A DNA stretch of 64,000 bases from Candidatus Multivoradales bacterium (GTDB lineage: Bacteria; Acidobacteriota; Thermoanaerobaculia; Multivoradales; JAHEKO01): assembly GCA_965223855.1 (NCBI GenBank), contig CBDCXM010000009.1:1120001-1184000 (forward strand), written 5' to 3'. The notes under the pieces were generated by a model that had not been told where the DNA came from, searched no databases, and saw nothing but the letters and a program-made list of their open reading frames with translations. Shown piece after piece: positions 1 to 9,717 of the stretch; position 1 is the stretch's first letter; each line of letters begins with the position of its first letter. A program made the position numbers and the translations under genes.

Positions 1-954
1 CGAGCCGAAGTCGCCTGCTGCTGCGGCAGCGAGCACCGGTAACAGGTCGCCGCGCAGACGCAGCATCAGCGGCTGGCACTCCGGGTCGCCGAAGCGCACG
101 TTGTACTCGAGCACCTGCGGTCCGTCGGCGGTCATCATGAGGCCGGCGTAGAGCACCCCGATGAACGGATGGCCATCGGCGTGCAGGCCGTCGAGCACCG
201 GCTGGAGCACGGCCGCCTCCAGCCGCCCGGCCTCGTCCTCGTCGAGGACGCCCGAGGGGGAGTGCGACCCCATGCCGCCGGTGTTCGGGCCGGTGTCGCC
301 CTCGCCGATCCGCTTGTAGTCCTTGGCGGTGGCACAGCGCTCGACCCGGCGGCCGTCGGAGATCGCGATCAGGGAGACCTCTTCACCGACGAGGCACGCC
401 TCGACGACGACGGAGTCGGCGGCGTCGCCGAACCGGCGTTCCCGGAAGAGCGTCGCCAGCGCCTCCTCTAGCTCGTCCTCGTCGGTGGGGATCAGGACTC
501 CCTTGCCGGCTGCCAGCCCGTCCGCCTTGAGGACGACCGGCAGGCCGAACCTCGAGGCGGCCTCTCGCGCCTCGGACTCCGAGGAGACGACCTCGAACGG
601 CGCGGTGGCGATGCCGTGCCGTTCCATGAAGCGTTTGGCGAAGGCCTTGCTGCCCTCGAGCTGGGCGGCGTGGCGATCGGGGCCGAAGACGGCGAGACCC
701 TCCTCGCGAAACGCATCCACGATGCCGAGGGTGAGGGGCACCTCGGGACCGACGACGGTGAGGTCGATCGCCTCTTCGCGGGCGAACTCCCTGAGTCCCG
801 CGATGTCGTCCGCGCGCAGGTCCACATTCCGGGCGATCGTGGCCGTGCCGGGACTTCCCGGCGCACAGTAGAGCCGCTCGAGGAGCGGGCTCTGCGCCAG
901 CTTCCAGCACAGTGCGTGTTCGCGGCCTCCGCTGCCGACGACGAGAACCTTCAT
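1..954 (-). CDS. purD: Phosphoribosylamine--glycine ligase (3' end outside window)
   Basis: Manual translation from ATG at 954: [19 protein letters not shown]...GPE.PL..G...[11 protein letters not shown]...[11 protein letters not shown]...GPNTGGMG...[14 protein letters not shown] overlap with the pta stop. Missing from the ORF track because it has no stop in the window. Confidence 0.96.
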   Translation of the reverse strand, partial: MKVLVVGSGGREHALCWKLAQSPLLERLYCAPGSPGTATIARNVDLRADDIAGLREFAREEAIDLTVVGPEVPLTLGIVDAFREEGLAVFGPDRHAAQLEGSKAFAKRFMERHGIATAPFEVVSSESEAREAASRFGLPVVLKADGLAAGKGVLIPTDEDELEEALATLFRERRFGDAADSVVVEACLVGEEVSLIAISDGRRVERCATAKDYKRIGEGDTGPNTGGMGSHSPSGVLDEDEAGRLEAAVLQPVLDGLHADGHPFIGVLYAGLMMTADGPQVLEYNVRFGDPECQPLMLRLRGDLLPVLAAAAAGDFGS

Positions 955-1958
955 GGCGACACTCCTCGGGAAGGGATGGAGGCGCTCTCGAGCGCCTGGG
1001 CGGCGGTGACCGTGAGGACGTCGACGACGTCGGCGGTCGAACAGCCGCGGGAGAGATCGTGAATCGGTCGCGCCGCCCCCTGGAGGAGGGGGCCGATGGC
1101 GCGGGCGCCGGCGAGCCTCTCGGTCAGCTTGTAGGCGATGTTGGCGGCGTCGAGATCGGGAAAGACCAGCACGTTGGCTCGCCCGGCGACGGGACTGCCC
1201 GGCGCCTTGCGGGAGGCGACGCTCGGATCGAGCGCCGCGTCCGCCTGCAGTTCGCCGTCGAAGGCGAAGTCGGGCTCGAGGTCGGCGAGCCGCTCCTTTG
1301 CCGCACGGACCTTGTCGACGCGCGGATGGTCGGCGCTGCCGAGAGTCGAGAAGGAGAGCAGGGCGACCCGCGGTTCGACACCGAGGTAGCGCCGGCAGCT
1401 CCTCGCCGCGGCCATCGCGATCCCGGCCAGCTGCTCCGCTGTGGGGTCCGGCACGACACCGCCGTCGCTGTAGACCAGCGATCGGCCGTCCGGCATCACC
1501 ATGACGAAACAGGACGAGAGCAGCGTCGCGCCCGGCTCGAGGCCGATCGTGCGCAGCGTCACCCGCAGGGTCTCGGCGGTCGTTTCCTCGGCGCCCATGA
1601 CGAGGCCTGCGACCTCGTTGCGGCGGGTGAGGAGGCCGGCGTAGTAGGTCGGCAGGCCGGCGAGTTCCTCGGCACGAGCTTCGTCGCCTTCGAGGAGGGT
1701 CGTCAGCGAGGCGACGCACTCTCTTCTCGCCGGATCGGTGGCCGGATCGACGATCTCGAAGGCGGACGCCTCGAGCCCCTCGTCACCGAGGGCCGTGGCG
1801 ACGAGCCTTCGGTCGCCGATGAGGACCGGCCGGCAGATGCCCTCGCTCTGCGCCCGCGCCGCGGCTTCGAGGATTCGCCGGTCGGTGGCCTCCGGCAGCG
1901 CGATGCGGGGCGCCCGGCCGGCAATGCGGCCACGCAGCTGCGCGATCGGATCGGACAC
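951..1958 (-). CDS. pta: Phosphate acetyltransferase (short, catalytic-domain-only type)
   Basis: [64 protein letters not shown]. Confidence 0.9.
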   Translation of the reverse strand: MSDPIAQLRGRIAGRAPRIALPEATDRRILEAAARAQSEGICRPVLIGDRRLVATALGDEGLEASAFEIVDPATDPARRECVASLTTLLEGDEARAEELAGLPTYYAGLLTRRNEVAGLVMGAEETTAETLRVTLRTIGLEPGATLLSSCFVMVMPDGRSLVYSDGGVVPDPTAEQLAGIAMAAARSCRRYLGVEPRVALLSFSTLGSADHPRVDKVRAAKERLADLEPDFAFDGELQADAALDPSVASRKAPGSPVAGRANVLVFPDLDAANIAYKLTERLAGARAIGPLLQGAARPIHDLSRGCSTADVVDVLTVTAAQALESASIPSRGVSP

Positions 1959-1962
1959 CGCG

Positions 1963-2820
1963 TCAGCAGGGCGCCGCCACGAGCCGGAGGACCTCCTGCT
2001 CCACCTCGTCGATCATGTAGTCGGGGGTGGAGGCTCCGGCCGTGACGCCGACCGTCGCGACACCCTCGAACCAGCCCGGGTCGAGGTCGTCGAGGTCGTG
2101 CACGAGGTGGCAGGGCTTGAACTCGCGCCCAAGCTCCCAGAGGTGGCGGGTGTTGGCGCTGTTGCGACCGCCGATGACCAGAATCAGATCGACCTCTTCG
2201 TCCGCGCACAGCTCGCGAACAGCGTCCTGGTTCTCCTTGGTGGCGTAGCAGATCGTGTCGGCGCGCGAGGTCTCGACCTGCGATTCGATGTACGAGACGA
2301 CGTCGTCGTAGTCCTCGGCGTTGAGGGTGGTCTGGTAGAGCACCTTGACCTGGCGGTAGCGACTCCAGTCGACCGCCTGTGCCTGCTCCTTCGTCAGGAG
2401 CACGTGGTAGGTCGACGGGTCGCGGTCGTGGGTGTAGCCGATCACCTCGCGGTGGTTCGGCTGGCCGATGAAGACGAGATGAGCTCCCTCGGCGACGGCG
2501 GCGTCCGCCTCGTCGTGAATGTCGTAGACGAACGGGCAGGTGGTGTCGAGGATCTTGAGCCCGCGGGAACGAGCGTCGTCGTGAAACGACGGCGGCACGC
2601 CGTGAGCGGAGAAGACGATCGTGCCGCGATCGAGCTCCTCCATCGCCTCCACCGTCGGTACCCCGAGCTCGGTCATCTCCTCGACCACACGCTCGTTGTG
2701 GACCACCTGCCCGAGGATGCCGCCCCCCTTGCCCCCGAGTTCGGCGAACCGTTTGACCTTCTTGTCGGCGAGGCGCACCCCGGCGCAGAAGCCGTAGTTG
2801 ACGGCGCGCTTGAACTTCAT
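1963..2820 (-). CDS. ispH: 4-hydroxy-3-methylbut-2-enyl diphosphate reductase
   Basis: [45 protein letters not shown]; three Fe-S Cys present. Confidence 0.95.
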   Translation of the reverse strand: MKFKRAVNYGFCAGVRLADKKVKRFAELGGKGGGILGQVVHNERVVEEMTELGVPTVEAMEELDRGTIVFSAHGVPPSFHDDARSRGLKILDTTCPFVYDIHDEADAAVAEGAHLVFIGQPNHREVIGYTHDRDPSTYHVLLTKEQAQAVDWSRYRQVKVLYQTTLNAEDYDDVVSYIESQVETSRADTICYATKENQDAVRELCADEEVDLILVIGGRNSANTRHLWELGREFKPCHLVHDLDDLDPGWFEGVATVGVTAGASTPDYMIDEVEQEVLRLVAAPC

Positions 2821-2950
2821 CGAAGGGATGTTAGCAGCCGGTTTCTGTTCCGAGCCACGGACGGCGACCGTCCTCAACTAGCAACAGAAGCGGCGAGAAT
2901 TACGGCGTTGGAAGGTCGGTCGAGGCTGCTGCCATGGGCCTCCTCGGGAG

Positions 2951-2967
2951 TTGGCACCGCAGTTGCT
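2951..2967 (+). promoter_or_regulatory. sigma54 (-24/-12) promoter
   Basis: TTGGCACCGCAGTTGCT matches TGGCAC-N5-TTGC(A/T) with exact GG-N10-GC spacing, about 60 bp upstream of the ATG at 3029. Confidence 0.8.
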
Positions 2968-3028
2968 CATCTCGATGAGTGTGCAGGCGCCTGAGACGAC
3001 CTCACGGCGCGGAAGGGAGGAACCCGAG

Positions 3029-3733
3029 ATGTGGAAACAGATTGCAACAGGCCTGATGGCCGTTGGCTTGCTGGCGGCCGCCGTACCGGCCGAGGCGCAG
3101 GGGAGCTACCGTCGCTACGGTGGCGAGAGCGAGCTGAGGTTCCGCCTCGGCAACTTCGAGCCTGATGCCGAGTCGGTGTACTGGGACGACACCTTCTTCG
3201 ACTTCACCGGATCGCCGGAGAGCTTCGAAGACGTGATCGTCGGCGTCGACTACGTTCATCGGCTGGGCAATCGGGTGAGCCTGATCGCCTCGGGGTCGGT
3301 CTACGAATCGGAAGCGCGTCAGGCGTACCGTGACTTCGTCGACGGCGACGGTCGCGACATCCGTCACGACACGTTCCTCGAGATCGGCAGCGGGACGGTC
3401 GGGTTGCTGCTGAACTTCGCCGGTCGCGACGCGACGATACAGCCCTACATCGGGGGTGGCGGCGGGTTCTACGCGTGGACGCTCGAGGAGAGCGGTGACT
3501 TCATCGACTTCACCGACGACACGATCTTCAGCGACACCTTCCTCGCCGAAGGCACGGCCTTCGGCACCTTCTTCGTCGCCGGCATCAGCATCCCGATCGG
3601 CGACACGGCCTCCGTCTTCGCCGAGGGTCGGTGGGACTCGGCGGATGACGAGCTGGGGGACGACTTCGACGGTCTGGGAACGATCGACCTTTCCGGTCGG
3701 CAGCTCTCCGCCGGCTTCTCCTGGCGGTTCTGA
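3029..3733 (+). CDS. Outer-membrane beta-barrel protein (OmpA/OmpW-like transmembrane domain)
   Basis: GGAGG RBS, signal peptide ending AEA, amphipathic strands, PYIGGGGG motif, C-terminal ..AGFSWRF. Confidence 0.8.
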   Translation: MWKQIATGLMAVGLLAAAVPAEAQGSYRRYGGESELRFRLGNFEPDAESVYWDDTFFDFTGSPESFEDVIVGVDYVHRLGNRVSLIASGSVYESEARQAYRDFVDGDGRDIRHDTFLEIGSGTVGLLLNFAGRDATIQPYIGGGGGFYAWTLEESGDFIDFTDDTIFSDTFLAEGTAFGTFFVAGISIPIGDTASVFAEGRWDSADDELGDDFDGLGTIDLSGRQLSAGFSWRF

Positions 3734-3755
3734 GCATCCGTGACTCCGGAGGCTC

Positions 3756-3787
3756 GGCGGGGCGGTCCCGAGAGGGGCCGCCCCGTT
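3756..3787. terminator. Hairpin between convergent genes, likely bidirectional terminator
   Basis: CGGGGCGGTCCC-GAGA-GGGGCCGCCCCG, a 12-bp stem with GNRA loop; weak U-tract. Confidence 0.65.
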
Positions 3788-3794
3788 GTCGTCT

Positions 3795-4592
3795 TCATGG
3801 AGCGTCGGCCGGCGCCGTCAGCGTTCCTTCGAGGACCGTGACGGCCCGGCCTTCCAGCAGCACCCGGTCGCCGAGGTCTTCGACGACGAGACGTCCGCCG
3901 CGGGCGGAGGCCTGGTAGGCGCGCAATCGGCTCCGTCCGAGCCGCCGGGACCAGAACGGCGCGAGCTGGCAGTGGGCGGAGCCGGTGACGGGATCCTCGT
4001 CGATCCCGAGCCGGGGCGCGAAGAAGCGCGAGACGAAGTCGTCGTCGCCGTCGGCCGGTGCCGTGACGAGGATGCCTCTCGCATCGATCTCGGCCAGCGC
4101 CTTGAAGTCGGGCGCCAGACCGAGGACCCCTGCGGCGCTCGGAAGCTCGACCAGGAGGTCCCAGCGACCGCGCCAGGTGCCTACCGGCTCGGCTCCCAGG
4201 GCTGCGCCGAGCCCGTCCGGCTCTTCGACCGACGCACTCTCTACGGCGGGGAAGTCGAGGACGATGCGGGGCTCGTTGCGGCGAGCGGTGAGGCGACCGC
4301 TCGCGGTGTCGAAGTCGAGAGTGTCGCCGTCGGCGAGCCCCGTGGTCCAGAGAATGTGGGCCGAGGCGAGCGTCGCATGGCCGCACAGCTCCACTTCCGC
4401 GACCGGCGTGAACCAGCGCAGCCTCCAACCCGTTTCCTGTCGCCACAGGAAGGCGGTCTCCGAGAGGTTCATCTCGCTCGCCACGGCCTGCATCCAGGCC
4501 GCGTCCGGAGCGCTCGGCAGCGGGCAGACGGCGGCAGGGTTGCCGGCAAACGGTCGATCGGTGAAGGCGTCGACCTGGTAGAGGTGGGTCAA
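3795..4592 (-). CDS. PhzF-family isomerase/epimerase
   Basis: QVDAFT..PFAGNPAAV, EMNLSETAF, LRWFTP..EVELCGHATLA, EDPVTGSAH. Confidence 0.93.
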   Translation of the reverse strand: MTHLYQVDAFTDRPFAGNPAAVCPLPSAPDAAWMQAVASEMNLSETAFLWRQETGWRLRWFTPVAEVELCGHATLASAHILWTTGLADGDTLDFDTASGRLTARRNEPRIVLDFPAVESASVEEPDGLGAALGAEPVGTWRGRWDLLVELPSAAGVLGLAPDFKALAEIDARGILVTAPADGDDDFVSRFFAPRLGIDEDPVTGSAHCQLAPFWSRRLGRSRLRAYQASARGGRLVVEDLGDRVLLEGRAVTVLEGTLTAPADAP

Positions 4593-5044
4593 TCGTCGCT
4601 TCGCCGCAGGCCGCCGAGACAGGCGCCGGCGGCGCCGACCAGAGGAATCACCCAGTTGTACCAGGAGGGGTTGCGGGCGACCTGACCCGCCTCGGCGAAG
4701 GTGAGGTCGGCGACCGGCTTCTCGGCGGCTACGTTGGCGACTCGCTTCTCGTAGGCACTCTCCGCGGTGAGGGCTGCGAAGGTGCCGAGCACCAGGATGA
4801 GGCCGATGAGAATCTTCGGCGCCAGCGGCCCCCGTCCGACCTTGAGCGCCACCTTGCCGCCGACGAAGGCGGCCAGGAGACCGAAGACGAGAGCGGAGCC
4901 GATCCAGGCGGTGGAGGGGTAGGGGCCCTCGCCGGAGAACGACCCTGCGGCTCCGAGTACCTGCCAGGTGAGGAAGAGGCCGGCAATGACGACGACGACG
5001 ATCGCGACATAGCCGAGAACGGCTCCGAGAATGCTGCGCAGCAT
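4589..5044 (-). CDS. Hypothetical 4-TM membrane protein
   Basis: AAGGAG RBS, MLRSILGAVLGY start, four hydrophobic helices, ATGA overlap with PhzF. Confidence 0.75.
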   Translation of the reverse strand: MLRSILGAVLGYVAIVVVVIAGLFLTWQVLGAAGSFSGEGPYPSTAWIGSALVFGLLAAFVGGKVALKVGRGPLAPKILIGLILVLGTFAALTAESAYEKRVANVAAEKPVADLTFAEAGQVARNPSWYNWVIPLVGAAGACLGGLRRSDD

Positions 5045-5082
5045 GGCGGTCTCCTTAGGGGGGATCTGGTGGCGGGAAGAGT

Positions 5083-5334
5083 CTATCCCTCGTGGTCGCC
5101 GGTCTCGACTCCGAGAGGGCGGACCCCGTAGATGCACACGCCTCCCTCGCCGCGCTGGTAGAGCACCGCGAGCCGCTCGATCGTCCTGCGGCAGCGGCCT
5201 CCGGCGGCGAGACGTTCGCCCGGCTGCTCGCTGCCGAGCTCGCTCAGCGCCAGGACGACCGCACGCCGTCGCTCGAGCGGTTCGATCGCCCGCAGCTCCG
5301 CCAGCGCGGAGGGGCGGATGAGCAACCGCGTCAT
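5083..5334 (-). CDS. RelE/ParE-like toxin, degenerate
   Basis: 83 aa coupled to an RHH gene; N-terminus (LIRPSALAELRAI) is RelE-like but the catalytic basic/aromatic motifs are eroded. Confidence 0.55.
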   Translation of the reverse strand: MTRLLIRPSALAELRAIEPLERRRAVVLALSELGSEQPGERLAAGGRCRRTIERLAVLYQRGEGGVCIYGVRPLGVETGDHEG

Positions 5335-5555
5335 CAGATTTCGCCGGATCGACGCAGGTTCCGCAGCACCAGCTCGAACGAGTAGGCGCTCTCGCTACTC
5401 CTCGAGGCGAAGGTCTCGAGGTCCGCGAGGTCGTCTCCCAGAGAGGCGCGGACCGATTCGTTGACGAGATCGGAGACGCTGCGGTCGGTCTCGGCGGCGC
5501 GCAGCTTGAGGGCCTGGTGGAGGCCCGGCTCGAGGTAGACGGTGACTCGCTTCAT
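5334..5555 (-). CDS. CopG/ribbon-helix-helix antitoxin
   Basis: KRVTVYLEPGLHQALKLRAAETDRSVSDLVNESVR is an RHH fold; acidic C-terminus DDLADL. Confidence 0.85.
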   Translation of the reverse strand: MKRVTVYLEPGLHQALKLRAAETDRSVSDLVNESVRASLGDDLADLETFASRSSESAYSFELVLRNLRRSGEI

Positions 5556-5590
5556 TGAACGTTAAAACGCTATCACGCTAAAACGTCCAT
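5556..5590 (-). promoter_or_regulatory. AT-rich repeated putative RHH operator/promoter
   Basis: GAACGTTAAAACGCTATCACGCTAAAACGTC has repeated AAAACG/ACGCTA units directly upstream of the antitoxin ATG. Confidence 0.55.
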
Positions 5591-5684
5591 AGTTGCAAAC
5601 GTGGCGCCCCGCTGCGGCGACCGATGCGGCCGGGGGGTATGATGCGGGAACGGACACAGCAGCTTCGCAGGGAAGGGGAGAGCG

Positions 5685-7580
5685 ATGAGGTGGACAGCGA
5701 CTCGAATCGGCCTCGCGGCGGTCCTGGCTCTCGCCGGGGTCGGCCCGGCACAGGCGCGGGAACTTCACTGGCGCGAGCTCGCGGTGACGGCGAAGCTCGA
5801 CGCCGAGGGCCGGTTGCACGTGCGCGAAGTGCACGCGATGGTGTTCGACGGCTCGTGGAACGGCGGCGAGCGGATCTTCCGCCTCGGCAGCGGACAGCGG
5901 ATCGAGCTCCATTCGATCGAGAAGCTCGGCGAAGACGGGGTCTTCGAACCCCTTCGACAGGGAGACCTCAGCCGGGTCGATCAGTGGGACTGGCACGAAG
6001 GGTCGGCCGTGCGCTGGCGCAGCCGTGCGGCCGACGACCCCTGGTTCGAGAACGAGGAGCTGACCTACGCCATCGACTACACGTTGAGCCGGATCCTCAT
6101 CCCGACCGAAGACGGGTACCTGCTCGACCACGACTTCGCGTTTCCCGATCGCGACGGCGTGATCGAGCTCTACTCGCTCGATTTCGAGGTCGACCCGGTC
6201 TGGATCGTCTCGCCTCCAGCCGGCCGCTTCGAAGCCGAGCAGATGTGGCCCGGAAGGGGCTTCGTGCGGACCTTCTCGCTCGAGCACGCCGACAGGCGGC
6301 AGCTCGAGGGTGTGCTCTACCCGATCGACGAGCGCTGGTGGTGGGGGGTGCTCGCCGCCACCCTGGCGGCGATCGCTCTGCTCTTCGGCCGATTCGTGCG
6401 GCGCGAGTCGAACCTGGGGAGCTTCCGGGAGGCGGAGGCGCCCGGATCGTGGGACTGGACGTGGCTCCAGGAGAACCTGCTCTCGTGGTTGCCCGAGCAG
6501 GCCGGCGCGCTGTGGGACGAGTCGATCGGGGCGCCGGAAGTCGCCGCACTGATCGCCCGCTGGACGAGCGAGGGGAAAGTGACGAGCAGCGTGGAAAGAG
6601 AGGGGCGCTGGTATCGCCGGGCGGTCATGAAGCTCACCCGCAACATCCGGCAGGGCGCGTTCGACGGCTACGAACAACGGCTGGCGAGCGGGCTCTTCTA
6701 CTCCGGCCGGCGGTCGGTGACGACGGAGCAGCTGCGCAAGCACTACCGCTCGAAGGGGTTCGTGCCGGCGAGCCGCATCCGCTCCGGAATCGAGTCCGCC
6801 ATCAAGGGTCGGCTGGACGAGGACCATCCGCCCGAGAAGCCGAAGCCGTGGTTCACGGTGGCGTGCTTCGTCGGCGGGATCCTGGTTCTCGTTCCCGAGT
6901 TCGGGCGCTTCCCGCAGGAGACCCTCGGCTGGGGCGTGCTGACGCTGGTGAGCTGGCTGGCGCTCTATCTGATCGGGCTCATCGCCGCCAATCGTTGGCG
7001 CAAGGCGGTCTCGGGCCTGAAGTCGAGACTGGTGTGGGTGATCGCTCCCGTCCTGCTGCTGGCGGCTCTCTACTCCTGGTACCTCGGCTGGTTCGCTCTC
7101 GGGCCGCGGATCTTCGGGATCTGCGCTCTCGGCCTGTTCCTGCTGGGAACGGCGTCGAGTCTCTTCAATCAGGCGGCCACCCGCTCCTCCAGGCAGCGGG
7201 TCGAGGCGCGCCAGCGACTCGGCATCGCACGCGACTGGCTGCGACGGGAACTCAGGAGCGCCCGGCCGCGGCTGACCGACGATCTTCTTCCTCACCTGCT
7301 CGCCCTCGAACTGTCGGACGAGGTCGATCGCTGGTCGAAGTCCTACGGGGAATCGGTGCCGACGACGAGCTTCGGCGGAGGGACGTCGACGGTCGGCTCC
7401 GGGGGCGGCTCGTGGACCGGAGGCGGAGGTGCCTTCGGAGGGGCGGGCGCCACCGGAGCCTGGACGGCCGCCGCCGCCGGGCTGGCCGGAGGGGTCGCGG
7501 CCGCCAGCTCCTCGAGCGGCGGCAGCAGTGGCGGTGGGGGAGGTGGATCGAGCGGCGGCGGCGGTGGCGGCGGCTGGTAG
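5685..7580 (+). CDS. DUF2207-like membrane protein
   Basis: Signal peptide, beta-rich N-domain, 5 TM helices, Gly/Ser-rich tail ending SSGGGGGGGW. Confidence 0.8.
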   Translation: MRWTATRIGLAAVLALAGVGPAQARELHWRELAVTAKLDAEGRLHVREVHAMVFDGSWNGGERIFRLGSGQRIELHSIEKLGEDGVFEPLRQGDLSRVDQWDWHEGSAVRWRSRAADDPWFENEELTYAIDYTLSRILIPTEDGYLLDHDFAFPDRDGVIELYSLDFEVDPVWIVSPPAGRFEAEQMWPGRGFVRTFSLEHADRRQLEGVLYPIDERWWWGVLAATLAAIALLFGRFVRRESNLGSFREAEAPGSWDWTWLQENLLSWLPEQAGALWDESIGAPEVAALIARWTSEGKVTSSVEREGRWYRRAVMKLTRNIRQGAFDGYEQRLASGLFYSGRRSVTTEQLRKHYRSKGFVPASRIRSGIESAIKGRLDEDHPPEKPKPWFTVACFVGGILVLVPEFGRFPQETLGWGVLTLVSWLALYLIGLIAANRWRKAVSGLKSRLVWVIAPVLLLAALYSWYLGWFALGPRIFGICALGLFLLGTASSLFNQAATRSSRQRVEARQRLGIARDWLRRELRSARPRLTDDLLPHLLALELSDEVDRWSKSYGESVPTTSFGGGTSTVGSGGGSWTGGGGAFGGAGATGAWTAAAAGLAGGVAAASSSSGGSSGGGGGGSSGGGGGGGW

Positions 7581-7621
7581 CCGCCGTCAGCCGCCTCGAG
7601 CCGGCGCGCGCAGCCCGGCTG

Positions 7622-9661
7622 CTACCAGACCTCGCAGCGCTCGCGCGGCGCCATCGGCGTTCCCGGCTCGCAGGAGAACGCCTCGGCGAAAGCGGGATTG
7701 AGGGTCAGCGGGCCGTTGACGCGGAACTTCGAGGGCGAGTGCGGATCGGTCGTCACCTGCATCCGCTCGTACTCTTCGCTCGCCTTGGTGCACCACACCT
7801 GACCCCAGGAGACGAAGAAGAGCTGGTCGTCGGTCAGCCCATCGACGAAGGGTTCTCCACCCCCCTGTCTTTCGCGGGCGTTCACGAACGCGACGTAGGC
7901 CTCCTTGACGCCGCCGATATCGCCGATGTTCTCGCCGAGGGTCAACTGCCCGTCGACCGGCGCGCCTTCGGCGACCGAGTAGTCCGAGTAGAAGTCGGCG
8001 ACACACTGCGCCCGTTCCTCGAAGCGTTCGGCGACCTCCGGCTCCCACCACTCCTTGAGCCGGCCGTCGGGCGCGAACTTGCGGCCCTGATCGTCGAATC
8101 CGTGCGTCAGCTCGTGGCCGATGACGCCACCCATGCCGCCGTAGTTCAGCGCCGCCGGGAAATCCTTGTGGAAGAACGGCGGCTGCAGGATGCCTGCGGG
8201 GAAGGCGATCTCGTTCCATAGCGGGTTGTAGTACGCGTTGACCATCTGCGGGGTCATCGCCCACTCCTTGCGGTTGACCGGCTTCTCGATCTTGGCGGCG
8301 TCGAAGTCGAACTCGAACTCGGCCGAGGCGAGGGCGTTGGCGAAGTAGTCGCCCTCGACGACCTCGAGGCCCGAATAGTCGCGCCACTCGTCCGGGTAGC
8401 CGATCTTCTTACCGAGGGCGGCGACCTTCTCCATCGCCCGCTCGCGGGTGACGTCGTCCATCCATTCGAGCGTCGGCAGACCGGACTCGAAAGCGGTGAA
8501 GATGTCGCCGATCATCTCGAGCGCGGTGTCGCGTGAGGAACCGGCGAATTTCTCGGCGACGTAGAGGCGGCCGATCACTTCACCGAGGGCGTCCTCCGTC
8601 GCCTGCACGCAGCGCTTCCACCTCGGCTGGAGCTCCGCCTGGCCGCGCAGCTTGTTGCCGTAGAAGGCGAAATTGGCGTCGACGAACGCCTTCGGAAGCT
8701 GGTCGGCGAAGCGATCGACGACGTGCCAGCGCAGGTAGTTCTCGAGCACGCCGATCTCGGTGTCGCCCACCATCGCCTCCATCGCCTCGAAGAACTCCGG
8801 CGTGGCGACGTTGATCTGTGTGATGTCGGGATAGCCCATGCCGGCCAGATAGGACTTCCAGTCGAGGCTAGGCGTCAGCTCGAGGAGGCCGTCCAGGTCG
8901 ATCTTGTTGTAGAGCTTCTCGGGGATCCGCATCTCGGCTCGCGTGCGCGAGGCCTTCGCCAGTCGCGTCTCGACCGTGAGGACGTCGGCGGCACTCGCCG
9001 CGGCCTCCTCCTCGCTCTGGCCGAGGAGAGAAAACATCGTCGCCACATGCGCCTCATAGTCGGCCAGGAGCTGCTTCTTCTTTTCGTCGTCGCTCACGTA
9101 GTAGTCGCGGTCGGGCATGCCGAGGCCGCCCTGGGCGATGAAGAAGATGTTGTGGTCGGGATTCTGGAAGTCGGGCAGCGCCCCTCCGCCCATATAGGCG
9201 TTGACTCCGGCACGATGCAGCCGGCCGACGAGCGCCGCCCCGTCGCTCACCGTCTCGACCGCGCCGATCTGCTCGAAGAACGGATGGAGCGGTGCCGTGC
9301 CGCGTTCTTCGATCGCCGCCTCGTCCATGCAGGCGCCGTAGAAGGCGCCGACCTTGCGGCGGTCTTCGTCCTCGCCGGGATCGGCGGCCGCCTCCTCGAG
9401 GAGCGCGCGAACGAACTCCCGGTTGGCGTCCCGGATCACCGAGAAGCTGCGCGACCAGCGCGGCTCGTCGCTCGGCAGCGGAGTGGCGTCGAGCCAGCCG
9501 CCGCAGGAGTAGCGGTAGAAGTCCTGACACGGGTCGGCGTCGCGGTCCATCGCTCCCAGCACAGAGGCGCGGATCTCCTCCGGCGAGAGGTCCTGGGCAG
9601 CGGCTGGGGCGCCGGTCGCGAGAGCGAGCGCCAGCAGGGCGAATGGGGTCGTTCGGGTCAT
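7622..9661 (-). CDS. M13 family (neprilysin/PepO-like) metallopeptidase, secreted
   Basis: DPCQDFYRYSCGGW, VNAYY, FPAGILQPPFF, GHELTHGFD, GENIGD, DPHSP, C-terminal RCEVW. Confidence 0.96.
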   Translation of the reverse strand: MTRTTPFALLALALATGAPAAAQDLSPEEIRASVLGAMDRDADPCQDFYRYSCGGWLDATPLPSDEPRWSRSFSVIRDANREFVRALLEEAAADPGEDEDRRKVGAFYGACMDEAAIEERGTAPLHPFFEQIGAVETVSDGAALVGRLHRAGVNAYMGGGALPDFQNPDHNIFFIAQGGLGMPDRDYYVSDDEKKKQLLADYEAHVATMFSLLGQSEEEAAASAADVLTVETRLAKASRTRAEMRIPEKLYNKIDLDGLLELTPSLDWKSYLAGMGYPDITQINVATPEFFEAMEAMVGDTEIGVLENYLRWHVVDRFADQLPKAFVDANFAFYGNKLRGQAELQPRWKRCVQATEDALGEVIGRLYVAEKFAGSSRDTALEMIGDIFTAFESGLPTLEWMDDVTRERAMEKVAALGKKIGYPDEWRDYSGLEVVEGDYFANALASAEFEFDFDAAKIEKPVNRKEWAMTPQMVNAYYNPLWNEIAFPAGILQPPFFHKDFPAALNYGGMGGVIGHELTHGFDDQGRKFAPDGRLKEWWEPEVAERFEERAQCVADFYSDYSVAEGAPVDGQLTLGENIGDIGGVKEAYVAFVNARERQGGGEPFVDGLTDDQLFFVSWGQVWCTKASEEYERMQVTTDPHSPSKFRVNGPLTLNPAFAEAFSCEPGTPMAPRERCEVW

Positions 9662-9717
9662 GAGAGGTCTCCCGGTCGATCGCCTTTCGGCCGCGCGGGC
9701 CGATCAGGCTGTCGAGG

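Noticed and set aside
7370-7580. GGC-rich repeats
   Set aside because: They encode the normal Gly/Ser tail of DUF2207-like proteins.
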